The position numbers and the translations under genes were made by a program. From Bacilli bacterium (GTDB lineage: Bacteria; Bacillota_I; Bacilli_A; RF39; UBA660): a DNA stretch of 63,200 bases. This document shows positions 17,777-27,041 of this stretch, one piece after another. Position 1 is the first letter of the stretch. Each line of letters opens with the position of its first letter. The notes below the pieces were generated by a model. The model searched no databases and was not told where the DNA came from. It was given only the letters and a program-made list of their open reading frames with translations. The stretch lies in contig SKGN01000004.1 of assembly GCA_007117415.1 (NCBI GenBank), positions 1 to 63,200 on the forward strand, given 5' to 3'.

Positions 17777-19018
17777 ATGGTCAACTATTTTATAGAATTA
17801 TTAAGTAACTATGGAGTAACGTCTTCGGCAGGGTATTATTTAGCTAATATTATTTCTATTTTTATTATAGCAAGTATATGTTATTTAGCTAAAGTTATCT
17901 CAAATATAATTATTCTAAAATATCTTTATTATTATATAAAAAACAATAATTTTAAATGGGATAACATTATGTTAGAAAGAAAAGTTTTTCAAAGATTTTT
18001 GCATATAATTCCGGCCATTATTATTTATATTTATGCTCCTTCTTTTCCTAAATATCAAATTTTAATTCAAGATATTGTTTTTGTTTATGTTATTTTAATT
18101 ATAGTATTAGTTATGGATTCTGTTATTGAAGGATTACATGATATATATAAGACTTTTAAAATAGCAAAAAACAAATCGATCAAAAGTTTTGTTCAAGTTA
18201 TTAAGTTAGTTATTTATATAATTGGAGTTATTATTATTGTTGCTAATATCATGGGGGAAAGCCCTTTATATATTTTAAGTGGCATCGGAGCTTTGGCAGC
18301 TGTTTTAATGCTTGTTTTTCGCGATTCTATTCTTGGTTTGGTAGCTGGAATACAAATTGTAGCTAATGATATGGTTCGAATTGGCGATTGGATTGAAATG
18401 CCTAAATATGAAGCAGATGGTGATGTGATTGAAATATCTTTAAATACTATAAAGGTTAAAAATTTTGATAATACTATTACTACAATTCCTTCGTATGCCT
18501 TAATTTCTGATTCGTTTCGAAATTGGCGGGGCATGATTGATTCTGGAGCACGTCGTATAAAGCGTTCGATTTATATAGATATTAATAGTGTTCAATTTTG
18601 TGATCAAAAAATGATAGATAGATTTAGTAAAATACACTATTTAACGGAATATATTAAAAATAAAACCAAAGATATTGAAACATATAATTCTCAAAAAAGA
18701 ATTGATACTTCAATTGTTGTTAATGCTAGAAAATTAACAAATATTGGAACTTTCAGAGTCTATATTCAAGAATATTTAAAAAATCACCCTAAAATTAACA
18801 AAGATATGATTGTGATGGTTCGTCAATTACCGGTAACAGAGCATGGTTTACCATTAGAAATATATGCTTTTTCCAATGATCCAATATGGACTAATTATGA
18901 ATCGATTCAAGCCGATATTTTCGATCACATTATTTCTGTTGCTACTCAATTTTCTTTGTCTTTATTTCAGGAGCCAACAGGGGGAGATTTTAAAAATTTA
19001 ATAACTGAAAAAGTTTAA
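17777..19018 (+). CDS. Mechanosensitive ion channel family protein (MscS-like)
   Basis: N-terminal TMs followed by the MscS beta-domain signature GDWIEM...GDVIEISLNTIKVKNFDNTITTIPSYALISDSFRNW. Start trimmed to ATG 17777 (SD GAGGTGA). Confidence 0.8.
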   Translation: MVNYFIELLSNYGVTSSAGYYLANIISIFIIASICYLAKVISNIIILKYLYYYIKNNNFKWDNIMLERKVFQRFLHIIPAIIIYIYAPSFPKYQILIQDIVFVYVILIIVLVMDSVIEGLHDIYKTFKIAKNKSIKSFVQVIKLVIYIIGVIIIVANIMGESPLYILSGIGALAAVLMLVFRDSILGLVAGIQIVANDMVRIGDWIEMPKYEADGDVIEISLNTIKVKNFDNTITTIPSYALISDSFRNWRGMIDSGARRIKRSIYIDINSVQFCDQKMIDRFSKIHYLTEYIKNKTKDIETYNSQKRIDTSIVVNARKLTNIGTFRVYIQEYLKNHPKINKDMIVMVRQLPVTEHGLPLEIYAFSNDPIWTNYESIQADIFDHIISVATQFSLSLFQEPTGGDFKNLITEKV

Positions 19019-19046
19019 TATATTAGTTAGTGGTGTAAGAACGAAT

Positions 19047-19088
19047 AAAAAAAATATTCTCACATATAATTATGTGGGAATATTTTTT
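19047..19088 (+). terminator. Rho-independent terminator
   Basis: AATATTCTCACATA pairs with TATGTGGGAATATT (one G-U pair), followed by a T-run. Confidence 0.7.
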
Positions 19089-19157
19089 CTAATATCCAAC
19101 AAGGTAGTAAGTGCAACTACTTTTATTTTTAGTTAATTAATAATGAAAGGGTAATCT

Positions 19158-20090
19158 ATGATAAAAAAACCAGTAAAAATTGGAATTCCTAAAGCGCTAT
19201 TATATTATAAATATGGTGATCTTTGGGAAAATTTTTTTAACGAGCTAAAATGTGAAGTTATATGGAGTGAAGATACCAACAAAAAAATTTTAGAGCAGGG
19301 AAAAAACCTTAGTATTGATGAGAGTTGTTTATCATTAAAAATATTTTTAGGGCATGTCGATAATTTACTTGACAAAGCAGACTACATAATTGTTCCTAGA
19401 ATTAGATGTTTAAAGAAAAAAGAAAAAATGTGTACTAACTTTACCGCTCTTTATGATATTGTTAAAAGTGTCTTTAATACTAATATAATTGATTATAACA
19501 TTGATGTTGAGAAGGGTAAAACCGAAAAAAAAGCTTTTAAAAAAATGGGAAAATTTTTATCCAAAGGAAAACAAGAGACCTATAAAGCATACTGTAAAGC
19601 TAAAAGAATAGCGAAAAGAAATAATGAACATCGGATTATAAAACAAGAAATACTGTTAGAAAAAAGTGAAAAAACAAAAATTTTGTTAGTTTCTCATCCT
19701 TATAACACCTATGACAACCTTATTGGTAAGGTTATTTTTAATCAATTAAAAGATTTGGATGTGGATGTTATATATGCTAATGTGTTTGATTCAGAAAAAA
19801 TAAAAGAAAAATATAAAAAAATATCCGAAAAAGTATATTGGACTTATAGTAATGAATTATTAGGGTCCATTGTTTATTATTACGAAAAAGTTGATGGCAT
19901 TATTCTTTTGTCTGTCTTCCCTTGCGGGCCAGATTCATTAACAAACGAAATGTGTATTCGAAAATTAAGAAAGCCAATTACTAATATTATTATAGATGAA
20001 TTAACAGCAGAAGCAGGGCTTCAAACCCGAATTGAAAGTTTTGTTGATATCATTAATGAGCAAAAAAAGCGAGGAGTGAATAAAAAATGA
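19158..20090 (+). CDS. Acyl-CoA dehydratase activase-related protein (DUF2229-like), subunit 1
   Basis: N-terminus IGIPKALLYYKYGDLWENFF, conserved Cys contexts (DESCLSLK, FPCGPDS), C-terminal ...AGLQTRIESF. My recollection is that these are typical of the CoA-enzyme-activase-associated domain. ATGA overlap with the next gene. Confidence 0.6.
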   Translation: MIKKPVKIGIPKALLYYKYGDLWENFFNELKCEVIWSEDTNKKILEQGKNLSIDESCLSLKIFLGHVDNLLDKADYIIVPRIRCLKKKEKMCTNFTALYDIVKSVFNTNIIDYNIDVEKGKTEKKAFKKMGKFLSKGKQETYKAYCKAKRIAKRNNEHRIIKQEILLEKSEKTKILLVSHPYNTYDNLIGKVIFNQLKDLDVDVIYANVFDSEKIKEKYKKISEKVYWTYSNELLGSIVYYYEKVDGIILLSVFPCGPDSLTNEMCIRKLRKPITNIIIDELTAEAGLQTRIESFVDIINEQKKRGVNKK

Positions 20091-21157
20091 AGAAGATAAT
20101 AAGTTTTCCTCATATGGGTGATTATTATATCCCAATAAAATTTTTATTGACCAAGGTTACGGATTATGAAATAATGACACCCCTACCTATTACTAAAAGA
20201 ACCATAGAATTAGGTTCAAAACATAGTCCGGAATTTGTCTGTGTCCCGTTTAAATATAATTTAGGAAATTATATTGAATCGTTAGAAAAAGGGGCTAATA
20301 TTTTAGTACAAGCTGGCGGAGGATGTAGGTATGGTTATTACGCTGAAGTTCAAGAGCAAATTCTTAAGGATTTAGGGTATGAATTTGAATTTTATTGTTT
20401 GGTTGATAAAGATCAATACGTCCCTATTAATGCATATAAAGTATTAAAAAAAATAAATTCTAAACTATCTATTTTTAAATACGTATATTATATGTTATTA
20501 ACTATATTAATGATTAATTATATGGATAAAACGGATATTTTTATTAGATCGAATATAGGTTTTGAAATTAATAAAGGTAGTTTTGAGAAATACTTAAAGG
20601 AGATGTATTGTGAATTTAGTGAAGTTAAAGGGTTTATTGATTTGTATAAAAAATATAGAAAATATAAAAAAATTTTTAAAGGTATTGAAGTAAACAAATC
20701 ACCCACCTGTCTTAAAGTGGGAATTATCGGTGAATTATATACTTTAATGGAACCTTTTTCTAATTATTTTCTTGAAAAAACGTTAGCTGATATGGGAATA
20801 GAAATAAATCGATACACTAATGTCACCTACTTATTAATCACTAAAAGATATAATCAAAAAAGGGTGTTAAAAGAATGTGGAAAATATTGTAAATATACTA
20901 TTGGAGCGGATGGTACTGATAATATAGCAGTTGCTAACGTTTTAATTAGTAAAAAATATGATGGTTTAATACATACTAAACCTTTTGGTTGCACTCCTGA
21001 AATAGGAGCGATGTCAATTTTACAAAACATAAGTAAGGAGTATAATATGCCCATTATTTATTTTTCATTTGATTCCCAAACTTCTGAAGCTGCTATTAAA
21101 ACTAGGTTAGAAGCTTTTTACGATATGATTAAGATGAGGAGGAAAAAAGATGATTGA
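20087..21157 (+). CDS. Acyl-CoA dehydratase activase-related / 2-hydroxyacyl-CoA dehydratase D-component-like protein, subunit 2
   Basis: Motifs FPHMGDY, FVCVPFKYNLGN, GGGCRYGYY, KPFGCTPE and ...IKTRLEAF. Overlaps both neighbouring genes. Confidence 0.6.
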   Translation: MKKIISFPHMGDYYIPIKFLLTKVTDYEIMTPLPITKRTIELGSKHSPEFVCVPFKYNLGNYIESLEKGANILVQAGGGCRYGYYAEVQEQILKDLGYEFEFYCLVDKDQYVPINAYKVLKKINSKLSIFKYVYYMLLTILMINYMDKTDIFIRSNIGFEINKGSFEKYLKEMYCEFSEVKGFIDLYKKYRKYKKIFKGIEVNKSPTCLKVGIIGELYTLMEPFSNYFLEKTLADMGIEINRYTNVTYLLITKRYNQKRVLKECGKYCKYTIGADGTDNIAVANVLISKKYDGLIHTKPFGCTPEIGAMSILQNISKEYNMPIIYFSFDSQTSEAAIKTRLEAFYDMIKMRRKKDD

Positions 21158-22103
21158 TTCATATTTAGGAGTAGATGTAGGTTCGATATCAACTAAAGGA
21201 TTAATAATCGATTTAAATAATAACATTATTGCTAGTGCTTATTTATGGACAGAAGGAAATCCAATTGAAGCTGTTAAAAAGGTTGTTAAAAAACTAAAAG
21301 AAAGAGGCGATGTAAAGCGGAATATTATAAAAGGAATTGGTGTTACTGGTAGTGCTAGAAAATTAGTAGGAGCGATGTTAGGCGCTAATGTAGTAAAAAA
21401 TGAAATAACGGCTCATGCCGTTGGGACTATATCTATGTATCCTGAAGTTAAAACAATCTTAGAAATAGGTGGTCAAGATTCAAAAATAATCTTAGTTGAT
21501 AACGGCATAGTTATTGATTACGCTATGAATACTTTATGTGCGGCCGGCACGGGCTCTTTTCTTTCTTCTCAAGCCAAAAGATTAGGAATAGATATTGAAA
21601 ACTTTGGTAAGTTAGCTCTACTTTCAAAAAATCCCACCAAAATTGCCGCTCGATGTACAGTTTTTGCAGAATCAGATTTAGTCCATAAAGCTCAAATAGG
21701 TTATAAAAAAGAAGATATTATTGCTGGATTATGTAATGCGGTAGTAAATAATTATTTAAATAACGTTGGAAAAGGAAAAAAAATAAAACCACCAGTTGTT
21801 TTTCAAGGAGGGGTTAGTAAAAATATAGGAGTAGTTGAAGCTTTTAAAAAAAACTTAAAAGAAGATGTATATGTGGATGAAAATGGACACTTAACGGGAG
21901 CTTTAGGTGTTGCCATTTTATCTAAAAAAACACCTTTCAAAAACGCTTTTAATTATAATATTGATAATATCGAATTTGAAACAAAAGGAGTAGAGTGTCA
22001 AAAATGTCCTAATCAATGTGATATTATTTATGTTTATAAAGATAAAAAAATATTAGATTCCTGGGGAAACAAATGTGAAAATGGTGGCATAAACAAAAGA
22101 TAA
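21150..22103 (+). CDS. BadF/BadG/BcrA/BcrD-type ATPase (HgdC-like activase/archerase) with a C-terminal Cys-rich tail
   Basis: Acetate/sugar kinase fold motifs LGVDVGSISTKG and EIGGQDSK. Cluster-ligand contexts CAAGTGSF and ARCTVFAESD. Tail CQKCPNQCD...GNKCENGG. Confidence 0.75.
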   Translation: MIDSYLGVDVGSISTKGLIIDLNNNIIASAYLWTEGNPIEAVKKVVKKLKERGDVKRNIIKGIGVTGSARKLVGAMLGANVVKNEITAHAVGTISMYPEVKTILEIGGQDSKIILVDNGIVIDYAMNTLCAAGTGSFLSSQAKRLGIDIENFGKLALLSKNPTKIAARCTVFAESDLVHKAQIGYKKEDIIAGLCNAVVNNYLNNVGKGKKIKPPVVFQGGVSKNIGVVEAFKKNLKEDVYVDENGHLTGALGVAILSKKTPFKNAFNYNIDNIEFETKGVECQKCPNQCDIIYVYKDKKILDSWGNKCENGGINKR

Positions 22104-22123
22104 CATTCTCCGGTGTATGTTGG

Positions 22124-22152
22124 TTGACAATTTTCAGGTTAACTTATATAAT
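22124..22152 (+). promoter_or_regulatory. Consensus sigma-A promoter of the TetR gene
   Basis: TTGACA 22124-22129, an exact 17-nt spacer, TATAAT 22147-22152. Confidence 0.6.
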
Positions 22153-22195
22153 GAATTTATACGACACAATGTCATCCTTTTTAAGGAGGGTTATT

Positions 22196-22804
22196 ATGCC
22201 AACAGCAACTTTCAAAAAATTAGCTAAAGACAAACAACAAAGAGTTATAAAAGCAGCTATAAAGGAATTTTCAAGAGCCCCTTTAAATGAGGCTTCAGTA
22301 GCAAATATTATAACGGATGCTAACATACCACGGGGAAGTTTTTATCAATATTTTAAAGATAAAGAAGAACTCTTTTATTATATATTTGAGATGCATAGTA
22401 ATGATATAAAGAAAAGGTTAACTTTGTTATTAATGAATCATAAAGGGGATATTTTTAAAACTTTTATTGATTTATATAAATATATAATCGAAAAAATAAA
22501 TAAACCAGAAAATGATTTTTATTTTAAAAATATATTTTTAAATATGAGTTATAATATTAAAAAAAAATTTACACCTAATCTTGAAGATAACTTGAACGAG
22601 ATAATTAACTTAATTGACATTAGCAAATTAAACATTGTTAGCAAATTACAATTAATTTACATAGTTGATATAATGGAAGCTATCTTAATTAGAAATATAA
22701 TTCAAAGCTATAAACGAAACGTATCGAAAGAAAAAAACATTGAAATATTTATCCGCGAAATCACATTAATATGTGAAGGAGTTCTAAAAAAAGAGATTAA
22801 CTGA
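22196..22804 (+). CDS. TetR/AcrR-family transcriptional regulator
   Basis: N-terminal HTH region VIKAAIKEFSRAPLNEASVANIITDANIPRGSFYQYFKDKEELF. Start trimmed to ATG 22196 (SD AAGGAGGG). Confidence 0.8.
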   Translation: MPTATFKKLAKDKQQRVIKAAIKEFSRAPLNEASVANIITDANIPRGSFYQYFKDKEELFYYIFEMHSNDIKKRLTLLLMNHKGDIFKTFIDLYKYIIEKINKPENDFYFKNIFLNMSYNIKKKFTPNLEDNLNEIINLIDISKLNIVSKLQLIYIVDIMEAILIRNIIQSYKRNVSKEKNIEIFIREITLICEGVLKKEIN

Positions 22805-22821
22805 ATGAAGTGAATCTCTTT

Positions 22822-23358
22822 TTAAACTTTAAAATCATCAATGTCTTCATCATTCATGTTTTTTCCGTCATAAAAGTTTTTTTCTTTAAGCCTAGTTATT
22901 TTGCCCACGATATTGGTGGGGAACATTCTTACTAACTTATTATATTTTGTAATGTTATCGTTATAGTAATTTTTAAAAGCCTTTAGGGATTCATCTATCT
23001 CTTTTAATTCGGTAAGCTTATCCTTTGGAATCTTTTTAAAAGCTTTGTTAGTTTCATCTAATTCTGCTACGCTACTTAATATCTCAATCAACTTATGATC
23101 TAAATCAAAATTAGATATTTTCATTTCTTTTAATTCATTTAAAATTTTTAAAGTTTCCTCTCTTTTGATTTCATCTTCAATCGCGTTAACTAGTTTCATA
23201 ATCACATAAAACTTATTTCTTAAAGTATTATCAATATTGTTTTCGGCGGTATTAATTTTTATAATATATGTTTGGAAATGATTATAGATAAAAACATAAA
23301 TAAGCATTAATATACTGGTTGCTAAGATAATCATTAATATAGTTGTAATGTCATTCAT
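22822..23358 (-). CDS. lemA: LemA-family protein
   Basis: N-terminal TM followed by the LemA-type pattern ...AENNIDNTLRNKF...YYNDNITKYNKLVRMFPTNIVG. Start trimmed to MNDITT (SD AGGGTGA). Confidence 0.65.
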   Translation of the reverse strand: MNDITTILMIILATSILMLIYVFIYNHFQTYIIKINTAENNIDNTLRNKFYVIMKLVNAIEDEIKREETLKILNELKEMKISNFDLDHKLIEILSSVAELDETNKAFKKIPKDKLTELKEIDESLKAFKNYYNDNITKYNKLVRMFPTNIVGKITRLKEKNFYDGKNMNDEDIDDFKV

Positions 23359-23414
23359 AAAATCACCCTTAATAATAAAAATTATATCAAAATAAAAAGG
23401 ATGTTGCAATCCTT

Positions 23415-23792
23415 TTATCTTGCTGTATTTGTAGGTAACGCTAATTCATATGAGATTGGCTCTTCAAATTCAACATAATTTAAATAAACCATTAGTAGTA
23501 AATACCATTTCCCTGTGCTAGGATCACTTATAACAATATGATCTCTTCCGGCTTCCTCAATTATACCGCTAAATGTTTTATCTCTCCATTCTACTGAATC
23601 GGGAAATGAAAAAAAAAGTTTGGCCATTTTACCCCTGTTAAATCTTAAAATGTTTTCAACATATGAAATTTCTGTAAAAGGAAAACCAGCGGTTATTTGT
23701 CTTTCGTGTGAAGGAACAGTTTGTTGATTAGGTGTTCCTAATGGAGTTGGAGTACCGGGGAAAACAGGGTTAGTATAATATCCGTTATTCAT
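23415..23792 (-). CDS. gerQ: Spore coat protein GerQ-like
   Basis: SYVENILRFNRGKMAKLFFSF...EWRDKTFSGIIEEAGRDHIVISDPSTGKWYLLLMVYLNYVEF closely matches my recollection of the GerQ/YwdL core. ATG 23792 has a GAGAGG SD; the listed start 23816 is a TTG. Confidence 0.7.
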   Translation of the reverse strand: MNNGYYTNPVFPGTPTPLGTPNQQTVPSHERQITAGFPFTEISYVENILRFNRGKMAKLFFSFPDSVEWRDKTFSGIIEEAGRDHIVISDPSTGKWYLLLMVYLNYVEFEEPISYELALPTNTAR

Positions 23793-23951
23793 AAAATCAT
23801 CCTCTCTAGAATTCAATATAATATATGTTAAATATATATTGAATATTACACAAAACGGTAATGATGATAAAAGTATTTACAAATTTAATTGTAAGACATA
23901 GGTTTTATATGATATAATTTTAAATATAAAAGAATTGAAATGAGGAGAAAA

Positions 23952-24521
23952 ATGAAAATAGAAATAGGTGTATCAGCCAGGCATGTACATTTGTCTAAAG
24001 AAGATTTTGAAATATTGTTTGGGAAAAATGAAAAATTAAATAAGTTAAGAGATTTACGTCGCCCAGGAGAATTTGCGGCGCAAGAAACAGTTACGGTTAA
24101 AACAGCTAAAAATAAATTTGATAATGTTAGAATCATTGGGCCCATTAGAGATTATACTCAAGTAGAAATAAGTAAAACAGATTCATATTTTTTAGGAATA
24201 GAACCACCAATTAGGAATTCTGGCGATATAATTGGAAGTTCGCCAATAACAATATTAACTGATAAAGGGGAGGTTACTAAAGAGTTTGGTTGCATCATAC
24301 CGGCGAGACATATTCATATAAGTACTGCTGAATTAAACAAAAATGGTTGGTCTCAAAGTAGTACGGTTAAAGTTAAACTTTTGGGAGAAAAAGCCGGAAC
24401 AATAGAAAACGTTTATGTTAGGATAGTTGAAGATAATAATTCAGAACTTCATATTGATTTAGATGATGCTAACGCGCATAATGTGAAAAGCAAAGAAGAA
24501 GCCGAAGTAATATTTAACTAG
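23952..24521 (+). CDS. pduL: Phosphate propanoyl/acetyl-transferase PduL
   Basis: Duplicated PduL motifs GVSARHVHLS and PARHIHIS. About 190 aa. Confidence 0.85.
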   Translation: MKIEIGVSARHVHLSKEDFEILFGKNEKLNKLRDLRRPGEFAAQETVTVKTAKNKFDNVRIIGPIRDYTQVEISKTDSYFLGIEPPIRNSGDIIGSSPITILTDKGEVTKEFGCIIPARHIHISTAELNKNGWSQSSTVKVKLLGEKAGTIENVYVRIVEDNNSELHIDLDDANAHNVKSKEEAEVIFN

Positions 24522-24543
24522 TTAAAATCAAAAGAGGAGCAAT

Positions 24544-25518
24544 ATGGAATTTAAAATAGGAAACGTTAAATTAAAAAACAATGTCGTTTTAGCACCCATG
24601 GCCGGAATCGGTAACAGTGCCTATAGAACAATTATAAAAGAGTTTGGTTGTGGTCTTGTATTTGCTGAAATGGTAAGTGATAAAGGAATACTATATAATA
24701 ACAAAAAAACAAAGGAATTATTATATGTAACTGATTTTGAAAGACCGATTGCACAGCAAATTTTTGGGAGCGAGAAAGAATCTTTTGTTCAAGCAGCGAA
24801 AATAATAGATAAAGAGATGAAACCAGATATTATTGATATTAATATGGGATGCCCTGTTCCTAAAGTAGCTATTAAATCACAAGCAGGAGCATCTTTATTA
24901 AAATATCCTACTAAAATATACGATATAGTAAAAAGTATTGTGGAAGCGGTTTCTTGTCCAGTAACGGTTAAAATAAGAAGTGGTTGGGATTTTAATAGTA
25001 TAAACGCAGTGGAAGTGGCCAGGGTTTGTGAAAAAGCGGGAGCAAGCGCTATTACTGTTCATCCTAGAACTAGGAGTCAGGGATATAGTGGAAAAGCTGA
25101 TTGGAGCATAATAAAAGAAGTTAAAGATAATGTTAACATCCCTGTTATTGGTAATGGAGATATAAAATCAAAAGAAGATGCTCAAAAAATGCTTGATGAA
25201 ACAGGTTGTGATGCTATAATGATTGGAAGAGGCGTTTTAGGAAACCCGTGGTTAATTAGAGATGTTATCCATTATTTGAATACTGGAGAATCATTACCAT
25301 CGCCAACCGGTAAAGAGAAAATAAAAATGTGCATTAAACACTTCTCTTATTTAAATAAACTTAAAAATGAGAAACAAGCCTTACTAGAAATTAGAAGTCA
25401 TGCTTCATGGTATATAAAAGGACTACCTAAAGCAAAAGAAATAAAAAACAGTATTTTTACAACAAAAACAGGGTTCGAATTATTAGAAATTTTGGACAAA
25501 TATTTACATATGCTGTAA
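24544..25518 (+). CDS. dusB: tRNA-dihydrouridine synthase
   Basis: Motifs LAPMAGIGNSAYR, INMGCPVPKV and HPRTR. dusB-lysS synteny as in Bacillus. Confidence 0.9.
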   Translation: MEFKIGNVKLKNNVVLAPMAGIGNSAYRTIIKEFGCGLVFAEMVSDKGILYNNKKTKELLYVTDFERPIAQQIFGSEKESFVQAAKIIDKEMKPDIIDINMGCPVPKVAIKSQAGASLLKYPTKIYDIVKSIVEAVSCPVTVKIRSGWDFNSINAVEVARVCEKAGASAITVHPRTRSQGYSGKADWSIIKEVKDNVNIPVIGNGDIKSKEDAQKMLDETGCDAIMIGRGVLGNPWLIRDVIHYLNTGESLPSPTGKEKIKMCIKHFSYLNKLKNEKQALLEIRSHASWYIKGLPKAKEIKNSIFTTKTGFELLEILDKYLHML

Positions 25519-25548
25519 ACTGTTATAAAATAGATATGAGGTGTACTA

Positions 25549-27027
25549 ATGAGAGAACTAAGCGAACAAGAAATTATTCGTCGTAATAAAATAAAAGATT
25601 TAGAAAATAAGGGTATCAAACCTTTTAATGATAGTTATTCAGTAGATAGCAATTCTTTAAGCATAAAAGAGAATTATGATACTTATAGCAAAGAAGAATT
25701 AAATGAAATGGATATAGATGTTATTGTAGCCGGAAGGATAATGACTAAACGAATTAAAGGTAAAGCTGGCTTTATGCATATTCAAGATAGATATGGTCAA
25801 ATTCAAATATATATTAGGTCTGATCACGTATCTGAGATAGAGTACGAACTTTTTGATAATGCTGACCTTGGTGACATCGTTGGTATAGAGGGAAAAGTTT
25901 TTAGAACTAACATGGGTGAACTTAGCATTAAGGCTAATAAGTATGTTCACTTAACTAAAGCTTTAAGGCCTCTTCCTGAAAAATATCATGGTTTAACAGA
26001 TATCGAAGAAAGATATCGACGAAGATATGTTGATTTGATTGTAAATGAAAAAACAAAAAAAATAGCCTTTTTAAGGCCTAAAATTATTCGGTCAATTCAA
26101 AATTATTTAGATAATTTTGGATATGTTGAAGTCGAAACGCCTGTTTTAACTAATGTATTAGGAGGGGCAGCGGCAAGACCTTTTGTTACTCGTCACAATA
26201 CTTTAGATATAGATATGTATCTTAGAATTGCAACAGAGTTACACCTTAAAAGATTAATAGTTGGTGGCATGGAAGCAGTATATGAGATAGGAAAATTGTT
26301 TAGGAATGAAGGAATGGATCGAAATCATAATCCCGAATTTACGACAATTGAAATATATAAAGCTTATAGTGATATGAAGGGAATGATGGAATTAGCGGAA
26401 AATCTTATTAAAAATACTATTTATGATGTTCTTGGAACTTATGAATTAGAGTGGAAAGGTCATAATCTAAATTTTGAAAATCCATGGCAAAAGATTCATA
26501 TGGTGGATTCGATTAAAGAATCGTGTGGTATAGATTTCTATGAAAACAAGACGATTGACGAAATGATTAAACTGGCTAAAGAACATGAAATCGAGTTAGA
26601 GGCTCATTATGCAAGTGGTCATATTATAAATGCTTTTTTCGAAAAATATGTTGAGCCCAATATAATTAATCCAACTTTTGTATATGGTCATCCGGTTGAA
26701 ATAAGTCCATTAGCCAAAAAGAGTAGCGATGAAAGATTTACTGAAAGATTTGAATTATTTATATGTGCTGATGAATATGCAAATGCTTTTAGTGAATTAA
26801 ATGATCCGATAGACCAGAGAGAAAGATTTGAAAAGCAACTTCATGAAAAAAAACTTGGTAATGAAGAAGCTAGCGAGATGGACGAAGACTTTATTGAAGC
26901 TCTAGAGTATGGGATGCCACCTACTGGTGGAATAGGCATAGGAATAGATAGGTTAATAATGTTAATTACAAATTCTGAAAGTATAAGGGAAGTAATTTTA
27001 TTTCCTCAAATGAAAAACAAAAATTAA
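25549..27027 (+). CDS. lysS: Lysine--tRNA ligase (class II)
   Basis: OB-fold N-terminus; class II motifs FRNEG and GIGIGIDRL. 492 aa. Confidence 0.95.
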   Translation: MRELSEQEIIRRNKIKDLENKGIKPFNDSYSVDSNSLSIKENYDTYSKEELNEMDIDVIVAGRIMTKRIKGKAGFMHIQDRYGQIQIYIRSDHVSEIEYELFDNADLGDIVGIEGKVFRTNMGELSIKANKYVHLTKALRPLPEKYHGLTDIEERYRRRYVDLIVNEKTKKIAFLRPKIIRSIQNYLDNFGYVEVETPVLTNVLGGAAARPFVTRHNTLDIDMYLRIATELHLKRLIVGGMEAVYEIGKLFRNEGMDRNHNPEFTTIEIYKAYSDMKGMMELAENLIKNTIYDVLGTYELEWKGHNLNFENPWQKIHMVDSIKESCGIDFYENKTIDEMIKLAKEHEIELEAHYASGHIINAFFEKYVEPNIINPTFVYGHPVEISPLAKKSSDERFTERFELFICADEYANAFSELNDPIDQRERFEKQLHEKKLGNEEASEMDEDFIEALEYGMPPTGGIGIGIDRLIMLITNSESIREVILFPQMKNKN

Positions 27028-27041
27028 AAGGAGTGAAGAAA

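Noticed and set aside
22168-22182. Short dyad GACA-CAA-TGTC downstream of the TetR promoter, considered as a TetR operator.
   Set aside because: It has only 4-bp arms, no second copy upstream of the activase cluster, and is too weak to call.
23819-23827. A sigma-K-like -10 element (CATATATTA, minus strand) upstream of gerQ, considered as a separate promoter feature.
   Set aside because: No matching -35 AC element lies at the right distance, and such AT-rich strings are frequent here. It is mentioned only as a note.
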